DNA of 64,000 bases, from positions 1,344,001-1,408,000 of the forward strand of contig CAXXXD010000003.1 of NCBI GenBank assembly GCA_963663385.2, given 5' to 3'. The first letter of the stretch is position 1; every line of letters starts with the position of its first letter. The notes under the pieces are model-generated. The model had not been told where the DNA came from. It saw only the letters and a list, made by a program, of their open reading frames with translations, and did not search any database. The translations under genes and the position numbers were made by a program. Of the stretch, positions 9,311 to 18,102 are shown in pieces. This stretch comes from Oceanispirochaeta sp. Its GTDB lineage: Bacteria; Spirochaetota; Spirochaetia; DSM-2461.

Positions 9311-10474
9311 ATTATATAAAAGAGCCGATATAGCATGCATCGCTGCTCCCAGGGGCAGCACGCTTTCATCCATATTGAAGCGGGAGTGGTGGAGGGGGTA
9401 ACTGCTGTCGTCACCACCGCGGCAGCCCAGCCAATAGAAAACCCCGGGGATTTCTTTCAGGTAGTAACTGAAGTCTTCTGCGGTCATCCTGGGCTCTTCC
9501 AGCCATAGAGGAACCGTACAGCCATCAAACTGTCCTGCCTGATTAATAATAAAAGCGGCCATCTCTTTGTTATTGATAACAGGTGGATATTCCGGTTGGA
9601 TATCCAGGTTATAGTTTCCTCTGTAGCGCCTGCAGAACATATCCAGAGTTTCCTTGATTTCTGCTCTTATCTGTTCCCGGATTTCTTCGGAAAAAGTTCT
9701 TATGGTTCCGGATAAACGAACATCCTCGGCAATAGCATTGGGACGGGTTCCCCCTTCAATACTCCCCAAAGTAATTACCGCGGGATGTACAGGATCAATC
9801 AGGCGACTTACTATAAACTGAAAGGAGTTGATTATCTGGGCTGTAATGGCAATGGGATCTACCGACTGATGGGGCAGACCGGCATGGCCTCCTTTGCCTT
9901 TAACTGTAATAAAAAAGTTATCTGTCGAAGCCATGGCCCGGCCTTCGTTGACGGCAACCGTACCGGTAGGCAGGGACGGATCCAGGTGGACGGCAAAGAT
10001 CCCTCTTACTTCAGAAAGCAGACCGGACTGCATGATGGGCAGGGCTCCGCCGGGACCTTCTTCCCCCGGCTGAAATACCATATAAGTATCCTGTGGCAGC
10101 TTTTTTGCAGAAAGGAGTTTGGCAGCCCCCAGGAGCATGCTCATATGCCCGTCGTGTCCACAGGCGTGCATAACCCCTTCTCTGGTTGAACAGTAGGAGA
10201 TCCTGTTGGCTTCGGGTATCTCCAGGGCATCCATATCAGCCCGGAGAGCTATTGGTGCACCGTCGGGGTTCCCCGGAATCCGGGCGATTACGCTGTTCAC
10301 GGGGCAGTCATCCAGTATTTCTATGTCCCAGTCCAATAGCAGGGTTCTTATGGTCGCGGCAGTATGCCTTACATCCAGACCCGTTTCAGGATGGCTGTGA
10401 AAAATCCGTCTCCATTCTATCAGGGAAGCCTGTAGTTCAAGGGCTTCATCCAGAATGCTTTTGTTGAGTTTCAT
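9239..10474 (-). CDS. M20D family amidohydrolase
   Basis: HPETG, LRADMDAL, MHACGHDGH, FQPGEEG, GGHA, AEDF, LHH motifs all intact. Confidence 0.92.
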   Translation of the reverse strand: MKLNKSILDEALELQASLIEWRRIFHSHPETGLDVRHTAATIRTLLLDWDIEILDDCPVNSVIARIPGNPDGAPIALRADMDALEIPEANRISYCSTREGVMHACGHDGHMSMLLGAAKLLSAKKLPQDTYMVFQPGEEGPGGALPIMQSGLLSEVRGIFAVHLDPSLPTGTVAVNEGRAMASTDNFFITVKGKGGHAGLPHQSVDPIAITAQIINSFQFIVSRLIDPVHPAVITLGSIEGGTRPNAIAEDVRLSGTIRTFSEEIREQIRAEIKETLDMFCRRYRGNYNLDIQPEYPPVINNKEMAAFIINQAGQFDGCTVPLWLEEPRMTAEDFSYYLKEIPGVFYWLGCRGGDDSSYPLHHSRFNMDESVLPLGAAMHAISALLYNTPSPSGRGRLHSRAVNEAYDQGD

Positions 10475-10604
10475 ATAATTGTCAGTATAGAAGTTGTGAC
10501 TTTCCGCTTCAAGAGGAGTATTGTTAATACGCTTATAGACAGTAATCAGCCAATTATGATATTTTTACACAGCACTTAACAAGGTTATTTACGGAGAAAA
10601 TCAC

Positions 10605-11411
10605 ATGCTTCAGCAGGTTTTAAAAAATAGCAGAAAAGTTGTTATCAAAATCGGATCCAATACGCTTTCCAAACCTGACGGAACCATTAATCATGATTTT
10701 TTCAAAGGTCTTGCCTACCAGATAGCGGAGCTTAAAAAGGCGGGCAAACAGGTAGTCGTTGTAACCTCCGGAGCCAGAATTGCCGGTGTATCCACACTGG
10801 GAAAATGGAAAAGAAAGGGTGATATGCATTACAAGCAGGCACTCTGTGCCATCGGGCAGGTAGAGCTGATGGATTCCTACCGCCGGGTGCTGAAAGAGTA
10901 CGATATTCTGATTGGCCAGATCCTGCTGACAGGAGATGACTTTTCCGACCCGAACCGTACCCTGCGTATCCGCAATACCCTGTTCACCCTCCTGGATGAA
11001 GGTGTTGTCCCCGTTATCAATGAAAACGACTCTGTCAGTGTTGATGAGCTGGAACAGGAGGTCAGGATCGGAGACAACGATAACCTGGCCGCTCTGACTG
11101 CGGAGCTGTGGAATGCGGATCTGCTTTTTGTTATGAGCGATATTGACGGTGTATTTGATAAAGACCCCACTACAGCGAAGGACGCACAGCTGCTGGAGGT
11201 GGTTCATGACTCGGACAAGGTTCTCAACTCCATAGAAGTGGGGGAGAAGGGCTCCTTTGGCACCGGCGGGATTGTTACCAAGATCGATGCGGCCCGGAAG
11301 GTCAATGAGTACGGGATTCCCATGATCCTGGCAAACGGGAAGCAGCCTGAAATAATTCTCCGTCTGCTGAACGGCGAACTGAGGGGCACTGTTTTCCTGC
11401 CTCGGGAATAG
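10605..11411 (+). CDS. proB: Glutamate 5-kinase (short form without PUA domain)
   Basis: VIKIGSN, VTSGA, AIGQ, PVINEND, GDNDNLAA, GTGGIVTK. Confidence 0.93.
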   Translation: MLQQVLKNSRKVVIKIGSNTLSKPDGTINHDFFKGLAYQIAELKKAGKQVVVVTSGARIAGVSTLGKWKRKGDMHYKQALCAIGQVELMDSYRRVLKEYDILIGQILLTGDDFSDPNRTLRIRNTLFTLLDEGVVPVINENDSVSVDELEQEVRIGDNDNLAALTAELWNADLLFVMSDIDGVFDKDPTTAKDAQLLEVVHDSDKVLNSIEVGEKGSFGTGGIVTKIDAARKVNEYGIPMILANGKQPEIILRLLNGELRGTVFLPRE

Positions 11412-11622
11412 ATCAACCGGTGTTCCTGATGGAAAAATCTTGTTTATCTCTTACAATGGTAAACCTGTTGCTTTTGAATATTACATAGAAAATTCACCAG
11501 CTTATTACCAATACACTCCCTGAATCCATGATCATAAGAAAACATTGTACCAGACAACCCTATCGGCTTGCAGGTAAATTGGATCTTATGAAGCTATCGC
11601 TGAGGTAGTGTCAGTGAATAAC

Positions 11623-13428
11623 CTACTGAACCGTACTCTCATACTGCAGCTTGTAAAGACTGTAATACAGATCTTTTTTAGCGATCAGTTCCTCATGGGT
11701 CCCCTGTTCCACCAGTTCCCCCTGGGACAGGACAAGGATTCTGTCCGCCTTTTGAATCGTACTGATCCTGTGGGCGATCACAAGAGACGTTCTGCCTTTT
11801 AGCACGGTTTCAAGGGCCTTCTGTACCAGCTTCTCCGTTTCCGAATCGATATTGGCCGTAGCTTCATCCAGAATCACCACATCCGGATTATGGGCCAGCA
11901 CCCGGGCAAAAGAGAGCAGCTGCCTCTGGCCCGCCGAAAGATTGGAACCCCTCTCTTTAACGGGGGAGTCATACCCCTTTTCCATATCCTTTATAAAGTG
12001 ATCGGCCTGAACCTGCTCGGCCGCCTCCCGGATCTTTTCAAAAGGGATATCCGATCCCAGAGCGATATTCTCAGCAATGGTCCCCGAAAACAGAAATACG
12101 TCCTGCTGCACAGCCTGTATGGTGCTCCGGAGAGTGCTCAAGGGGTATTCCGTTATATCCACACCGTCCAGACAGATACGACCGGCCTGAATATCCCATA
12201 GGCGGGCGGCCAATGAAGCAATGGTTGTCTTGCCCGCCCCCGTATATCCCACAATAGCAATTGTTTCGCCCGGCTCTGCTGTAAAGGAGACATTCCTCAG
12301 GACATAATCCTCCTTTTTATAAGCGAAACTGACAGAGTCGAATTCAATTCGCCCCCTGACCGAATCGGGCAGGGCTTTCTGCCCCGAATCATCCAGAGAC
12401 TCTTTCTCATCCAGAATCTGAAAAATCCGTTCTCCCCCGGCCATGGCGGACTGCATAATGGTGAATTTCTCACTCAAATCCATAACGGGCCGGTAGAACT
12501 TCTGAATCAGGTCGATAAACGCAATCAGAACCCCCAGGGTCAGAATGCCCCTGTTATACATACCCCCCCCGAGGTATATGACCACTCCCAGAGTAACAGA
12601 AGTAAACAGATCGACCAGAGGCCGAAAAACGGCAAAGACATACATTTCCGCCAGGCTGGCTTTTAACAAATTTTTATTATTTTCATCGAATTCCCGGCGG
12701 GCCCGTCTCTCCTGACCGAAAATCTGTATAACCTCCATGCCGCCGATATGTTCGGACAGAAAACCGTTTACTTTTCCGATCCAGTGACGCTGATTCCGGT
12801 AAGCCGTTCTGGCCAGCCTGCGGAAGACTATTGTGGCAATAAGGACGGGAGGAATAGTGGCAATGGTTATCAGAGCCAGAGAGGGATCCAGTATATAAAG
12901 AGTTACCAGCACACCGCCCATCATGGCGATATCCTTTAAAACAGAAATGGTTACAGAAGTAAAAAACTCATTTATGGTTTCCACATCACTTGTTATCCGT
13001 GAAACCAGATTTCCGACGGGAGTATCCCCCAGATGCCCCAGAGACTGATCCATAACATGGGAGAGCATTCTGATCCTCAGATCTTTCATCACCCCCTGGC
13101 TGGTCCAGGACATGGTGTACATCTGAAAAAAGGAAAATATCAGAATAATTCCCAGAAGTAGAAAATAGAAAAGAGTATTGATTCCAAGGCCTCTTAGATT
13201 CACCGCCTTAACAGTTTCATCCGCCCAGTCTGAAAGGATATACTGATCCATGGTCTGCTGCAGCAGAACCGGAAGAGCCAGCTCGGCCACGGTGGAAATC
13301 AGCAAAGCAATACCCGCAACCAGAAACCAGATTTTATAGGGACCGGCCATGCGGAACAGCCGGCTGACAACCCGATGGTTGTATTCGCTCAAACTGTCAT
13401 TGCTCTTTTCAATATTCAGTTTTTTCAT
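11623..13428 (-). CDS. ABC exporter, fused permease/ATPase (MdlB-like subunit)
   Basis: TMD plus GYTGAGKT, LSAGQRQ, ILDEAT, IAHR. Confidence 0.9.
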   Translation of the reverse strand: MKKLNIEKSNDSLSEYNHRVVSRLFRMAGPYKIWFLVAGIALLISTVAELALPVLLQQTMDQYILSDWADETVKAVNLRGLGINTLFYFLLLGIILIFSFFQMYTMSWTSQGVMKDLRIRMLSHVMDQSLGHLGDTPVGNLVSRITSDVETINEFFTSVTISVLKDIAMMGGVLVTLYILDPSLALITIATIPPVLIATIVFRRLARTAYRNQRHWIGKVNGFLSEHIGGMEVIQIFGQERRARREFDENNKNLLKASLAEMYVFAVFRPLVDLFTSVTLGVVIYLGGGMYNRGILTLGVLIAFIDLIQKFYRPVMDLSEKFTIMQSAMAGGERIFQILDEKESLDDSGQKALPDSVRGRIEFDSVSFAYKKEDYVLRNVSFTAEPGETIAIVGYTGAGKTTIASLAARLWDIQAGRICLDGVDITEYPLSTLRSTIQAVQQDVFLFSGTIAENIALGSDIPFEKIREAAEQVQADHFIKDMEKGYDSPVKERGSNLSAGQRQLLSFARVLAHNPDVVILDEATANIDSETEKLVQKALETVLKGRTSLVIAHRISTIQKADRILVLSQGELVEQGTHEELIAKKDLYYSLYKLQYESTVQ

Positions 13429-15167
13429 GACAGTTCATCCTTCTCCATGGATTGAAGAGTATAAATCCGTTTATACAGACCTTCCTGTTTAACAAGTTCT
13501 TCGTGGGTCCCGTACTGATCGATTGCGCCGGCATCCATAACCAGAATATGATTTGAAACCTGGAGGGTCGAGACCCTGTGGGATATTATTATATTGGTCA
13601 TTCCGGCCCGTTTTTGCATAAACTCCCTGAGTATAAACTCTTCGGTTTTTGTATCGACTGCAGACAGGGCATCATCCAGAATGAGTATCTGCGGATCTGC
13701 CAGCAGAGCCCGGGCAAAGGCGATACGCTGCTTCTGACCTCCCGAGAGGGTAACACCCCGTTCTCCTGCCTGAGTCTCCAGCCCGAGAGGAAAGTTTTTC
13801 AGGTCTCTGTCCAGAGTGGATATACGGATCGCTTCATTCAATTCTTCTTCTGATGCATCAGGTTTGGCATAAAGGATATTCTCCCGGATTGTGTGGGAAA
13901 AGAGGATGGTCTCCTGGGGGACCATGGAGATGGAAGCCCGGAGCTCAGATAAACTCAGGGAATGGATAGGGCTGTCGTTATATAAAATCTCACCCTCCCT
14001 GGATTCCAGGATACGGGGCAGCAGCCGGATAAGGGTTGTTTTCCCGCTGCCTGTTTTGCCCAGAATCCCAAGGGTTTCTCCCGCTTTAACTTCAAGTGAA
14101 AGATTATCTACTACCCTGGTGTCTGTCCCGCTGTATTTAAACGCCAGGGAATCTATAGTAAGTTTTTCAAAGAGAGGTACAGCCAGAGGAGATTCTGTGT
14201 TAGAGATTTCCGGTTTGGCATCAAGGATATGATTAATCCTTACAAGAGAAGCCGCACCTCTCTGAATCAGGTTTACTGTAAACCCGGCTCCCAGCATGGG
14301 CCAGATCAGCATCCCCAGATAGGACATAACAGCCACAAAGTCCCCGGGATTTAAATCCCTGTTAATCACCTGACGCCCTCCGAAATAAAGAAGGAGACAG
14401 ACTGTTACACCCGAAAGAAAGGAGACAATGGGAAAGATCAGCCCCCAGATACGGACAAGGGACATATTGGCTTCCCAGTATTCGTCGTTATCCCGGGAAA
14501 ATTCCTTCAGAAAATGCTCTTCCTGCGTAAAAGTCTTGATAACACGAATACCGCTAAGAGTTTCCTGCACCCTCTCGCTCAAAGCAGAGTACCCGTCCTG
14601 TACCCGTTTAAAGCGGGTACCCAGTACTTTTCCGGCAAATAGCACAATTATAGTAATCAGAGGCAGGGGTATAATGGTGACCATAGCCAGATGAGGGTAA
14701 TTGCCTATAAGTATGATCAGTATGGCCAGAGCCATAAAAAGACCGTCTATAAATGCGACAAAAGCCATGCCGCTGGCCATTCTAACAGCTTTCATATCAT
14801 TGGTCATCCTGGCCATCAGATCGCCTGTTTTATTCTTACCGAAAAAAGTGGAACTGAGATCCAGCAGGTGGTAGAAAACATTCCGGCGGAGCTCTATTTC
14901 AATCCGCCGGGAGGCGCCATGAATAAAAAAACGCCAGAAAAAACGCCCCATGGAAACAACAAGGGCAACCAGAACCATATGCAGCATCAAAATACGAATT
15001 GCTTCCAGTTCAAAATGACCGGTCGAAATGGCATTAATGGCATTTTTAATAAATTGCGGTATGTAGAGCAAACCGGCATCCGTTATAATCAGACAGAGGA
15101 TTCCGGCAATATAATAGGGTGTATACTTTTTTAGATAGGGGAGTAGAGTTCTGTATTCTTTCAACAT
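13425..15167 (-). CDS. ABC exporter, fused permease/ATPase (MdlA-like subunit)
   Basis: TMD plus [16 protein letters not shown], degenerate Walker B ILDDALSAVD; ATGA overlap with partner. Confidence 0.9.
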   Translation of the reverse strand: MLKEYRTLLPYLKKYTPYYIAGILCLIITDAGLLYIPQFIKNAINAISTGHFELEAIRILMLHMVLVALVVSMGRFFWRFFIHGASRRIEIELRRNVFYHLLDLSSTFFGKNKTGDLMARMTNDMKAVRMASGMAFVAFIDGLFMALAILIILIGNYPHLAMVTIIPLPLITIIVLFAGKVLGTRFKRVQDGYSALSERVQETLSGIRVIKTFTQEEHFLKEFSRDNDEYWEANMSLVRIWGLIFPIVSFLSGVTVCLLLYFGGRQVINRDLNPGDFVAVMSYLGMLIWPMLGAGFTVNLIQRGAASLVRINHILDAKPEISNTESPLAVPLFEKLTIDSLAFKYSGTDTRVVDNLSLEVKAGETLGILGKTGSGKTTLIRLLPRILESREGEILYNDSPIHSLSLSELRASISMVPQETILFSHTIRENILYAKPDASEEELNEAIRISTLDRDLKNFPLGLETQAGERGVTLSGGQKQRIAFARALLADPQILILDDALSAVDTKTEEFILREFMQKRAGMTNIIISHRVSTLQVSNHILVMDAGAIDQYGTHEELVKQEGLYKRIYTLQSMEKDELS

Positions 15168-15181
15168 TCTGTAAATATAAT

Positions 15182-15218
15182 AAAAAAAAATGGCTCCGGG
15201 TCTTAATCACCGGAACCT
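15182..15218 (-). terminator. Rho-independent terminator of the amino-acid ABC operon
   Basis: Minus strand ggttccgg...ccggagcc followed by a long T run. Confidence 0.7.
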
Positions 15219-15231
15219 TTTAATCTTTTTA

Positions 15232-15963
15232 TTACAGAATATGTTTCAGAAACTTTTTGGTCCGTTCCTCTTTGGGGTTGTCAAAAACTTCTGAAGGAGT
15301 TCCCTCTTCAACAATCTGACCTTCATCCATAAAAACGACCCGGTCCGCCGCAGCTCGTGCAAATCCCATTTCATGGGATACTACCATCATGGTCATCCCG
15401 TCCTTTGCAAGGGCCATCATAACATCCAGAACTTCCTTTACCATCTCCGGATCAAGAGCTGATGTAGGCTCGTCAAAGAGCATAACCTTGGGATTCATGG
15501 CCAGGGCTCTGGCTATGGCAACCCGCTGTTTCTGTCCACCCGATAACTGACCGGGAAAAGATTTTTCCTTTTCGGAAAGTCCTACCTGGTTCAGAAGCTT
15601 CCGGGCATTTTCCTCAGCCGCTGCTTTATCCACTTTTTTAACATGCCGGGGAGAGAGGGTAATATTATCCAGAACAGTCAGGTGGGGAAACAGGTTAAAA
15701 TCCTGAAAAACCATTCCCACTTCCTCCCGGATCTTTCGTATATCCGAATTGGGATCGGTTACACTGTCTCCGTCAATAGCAATATCTCCGCTAGTGAGAA
15801 CTTCCAGACGGTTTACACTCCTTAAAAGGGTGCTCTTCCCGCTTCCCGAGGGACCGATTACCAGAACGACCTCGCCTGTCCTGACTTCCAGGCTGGCTCC
15901 GTTTAGAGCCTTTACCACACCAAAATCCTTAACGGCGTTTTTTATTGAGATCCTATTTTCCAT
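15232..15963 (-). CDS. Polar amino-acid ABC transporter ATP-binding protein (GlnQ-like)
   Basis: [38 protein letters not shown]; start moved to MENRISIK at 15963. Confidence 0.92.
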   Translation of the reverse strand: MENRISIKNAVKDFGVVKALNGASLEVRTGEVVLVIGPSGSGKSTLLRSVNRLEVLTSGDIAIDGDSVTDPNSDIRKIREEVGMVFQDFNLFPHLTVLDNITLSPRHVKKVDKAAAEENARKLLNQVGLSEKEKSFPGQLSGGQKQRVAIARALAMNPKVMLFDEPTSALDPEMVKEVLDVMMALAKDGMTMMVVSHEMGFARAAADRVVFMDEGQIVEEGTPSEVFDNPKEERTKKFLKHIL

Positions 15964-16753
15964 TAACAGCCATCCTTTCTTCCATAATGGCAACCAATCG
16001 GGAGAGGAAGAGAGTAAGCACAAGGTAAACCAGGGCTACCATTGTATAACTTTCAAAATACAGAAAGGAAGTAGACGCAAATTCCCGTCCTCTGCGCAGC
16101 AGATCTGCGATAGCCAGAACGGAAACAAGAGATGAATCTTTCAGAAGGGCAATGAACTCATTACCGATAGCCGGAAGGATAACCCTCATTGTCTGAGGCA
16201 GGATAACAAGACGCAGGGCCTGTCCTCTGGTCATACCCAGAGCAATGGAAGCTTCCATCTGCCCTTTGGGAATGGATTGAATCCCCGCCCGGAATATCTC
16301 GCCCATATAGGCCCCGTAGCAGACGGCCATGGCAATTACTGCTGCGACCATCCCCTGGATATTCAGGAATTTCCCCAGGGCAAAATAAATATAGAATAAC
16401 TGAACCAGCAGAGGTATACCCCTGATCAGTTCGACGTATATTGTTGCCACACGGTTAAACGCGGTAATCCGGGAGATCTGCCCCAGACCGGTTAATAAAC
16501 CAATCAGGGTAGCGCATATAATAGCCATTACAGTTACCTGGAATGTTACAAGGATTCCATCAGGAAGGAATTTCATAATACGCCAGTAGGGATCCGGCTT
16601 AACAACAGGAAGCAGTATTAATAGAGCAATAGCACCTATAAAAGTAATCTGCCACGACGAGAACAGGCCCTTATTGCCTTTGGCAGGAATAAGGGCGCCA
16701 TCAGTGACTTCTATACGAGTATGGCTATTGCCATGATCGTTTAGCGAAGCCAT
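15953..16753 (-). CDS. Polar amino-acid ABC transporter permease
   Basis: [36 protein letters not shown]. Confidence 0.92.
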   Translation of the reverse strand: MASLNDHGNSHTRIEVTDGALIPAKGNKGLFSSWQITFIGAIALLILLPVVKPDPYWRIMKFLPDGILVTFQVTVMAIICATLIGLLTGLGQISRITAFNRVATIYVELIRGIPLLVQLFYIYFALGKFLNIQGMVAAVIAMAVCYGAYMGEIFRAGIQSIPKGQMEASIALGMTRGQALRLVILPQTMRVILPAIGNEFIALLKDSSLVSVLAIADLLRRGREFASTSFLYFESYTMVALVYLVLTLFLSRLVAIMEERMAVNGK

Positions 16754-17487
16754 TTATTAACCAGCTCGTCCCGTTTACCCGATGCTATAACAGCTTCGAG
16801 AGCGCTGTTCAGTTTATCTAGAACCTCAGAATTTCCTTTTTTAACGGCGATTCCGTAAAATTCATCTGTAAAGGGTTCCCCTACAATTTTCAGCTTGCTT
16901 TTATAGTTGTCATTACCCAGAACATAGTCTGCAGCAATGGGACTGTCACCAACTACAGCATCAAGATTGCCATTAGCCAGATCTTCTACAGCCAGACCAA
17001 GTTCATCGTAGTTTTTCAGAGTAATACCACCTGCTTCACTAATAGCGATTGCACCGGTGGTACCAATCTGGGCACCAACTTTTTTACCTTTAAGATCTGC
17101 CAGTGTTGTTACACCGTTTGTATCTTTTGAAACGATAACAACCTGACCGGCGTTAATATAAGGTGATGTAAAGTCCATTGTATTCTTTCTTTCTTCCGTA
17201 ATTGTTACAGAAGAACATACAGCATCGTAATTTCCGTTTGCCAGTCCGGCAAAAATCCCATCCCATGCAGTATTCTGAACTTCAATTTCAAATCCGCCGG
17301 CTTCTGCCATGGCATAAAGCATATCGATATCAAAACCGACAATTTCTTTATTTTCGTTAACAAATTCCATGGGAGGCCAGGTACAGTCTGAACCGATGAC
17401 AATTTTATTACTGTCTTTTTTTTCACATCCCACAAAGAGAGAGAGAGCCGCGACAATCAGAGTCATCATAACAACGATTTTTTGCAT
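16741..17487 (-). CDS. Basic/polar amino-acid ABC substrate-binding lipoprotein
   Basis: Lipobox FVGC, WPPMEF, GFDID, WDGIFAGL, ITEERK; GGAG upstream of the ATG at 17487. Confidence 0.9.
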   Translation of the reverse strand: MQKIVVMMTLIVAALSLFVGCEKKDSNKIVIGSDCTWPPMEFVNENKEIVGFDIDMLYAMAEAGGFEIEVQNTAWDGIFAGLANGNYDAVCSSVTITEERKNTMDFTSPYINAGQVVIVSKDTNGVTTLADLKGKKVGAQIGTTGAIAISEAGGITLKNYDELGLAVEDLANGNLDAVVGDSPIAADYVLGNDNYKSKLKIVGEPFTDEFYGIAVKKGNSEVLDKLNSALEAVIASGKRDELVNKWLR

Positions 17488-17887
17488 TTTTTTCTCCAGC
17501 AAATAGTATAAACTTAAATATTTCTATATTTATACCAATTATTTACATAAATGAGTAGTAAAAAATACAATATCTTTACTTCTTTTACAGGAGAATCAGA
17601 GATTTCAATTATCAGCAAAATTATAAAGGGGGATAGTCAGGGTCTTCTTACATTACTACTGAAAGAGTAATTAAAAAGTCACCCTGAATATGCCATCTGC
17701 ATTTTCTCAAAACAGAATTCCAGCAGGATGCTAATATTCAGACATTAATGAATAAACTTAAAAATCACATATAACGTATATGTCAGGTATAATTATTCTT
17801 TCGATTTCCACAATCCTTTAAATTTCCAGTATATTCCGTTTAATTTAAGATTAAACTGCAATAATCATTTTTGAGTTGTCTGACCTG

Positions 17888-17917
17888 TTGAACTTTTCAG
17901 TTTTTCCATGATATGTT
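17888..17917 (+). promoter_or_regulatory. Putative sigma70 promoter of the pur operon
   Basis: TTGAAC at 17888 and extended TGnTATGTT ending 17917, placing +1 just before the riboswitch. Confidence 0.4.
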
Positions 17918-17934
17918 GTCGCCATAACAGATAA

Positions 17935-18003
17935 GACTCATATATTTCCGATAATATGGTTTGGAAGTTTCTACAGGTTACCGAAAATAACCAGCTATGA
18001 GTT
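17935..18003 (+). ncRNA. Purine (guanine-type) riboswitch aptamer
   Basis: P1 gactcata/tatgagtt, L2 AATATGG, J2/3 GTTTCTAC, P3 ggtta/taacc with L3 CCGAAAA, specificity C at 17995; 100 nt upstream of purL. Confidence 0.9.
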
Positions 18004-18102
18004 GATAATTCCTCTAAGCCGTTTATCCGGAATGTATGTCCTGTTTTAACAGAGTCTTTATCCGTTAAATTTACAATCTCCTTCAGGAGGAGCGCACCGC
18101 AG

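Noticed and set aside
11413..11580. Possible gene remnant after proB (STGVPDGKILFISYNGKPVAFEYY...)
   Set aside because: No start codon, only 36 codons, and no family I can recognise
12563..12570. G8 tract (minus strand) in the MdlB-like gene as a phase-variation site
   Set aside because: Encodes an ordinary GGG glycine run in an intact frame; no other support
17500..17880. T-box or lysine riboswitch for the amino-acid ABC operon
   Set aside because: No T-box sequence or lysine-riboswitch consensus on the minus strand
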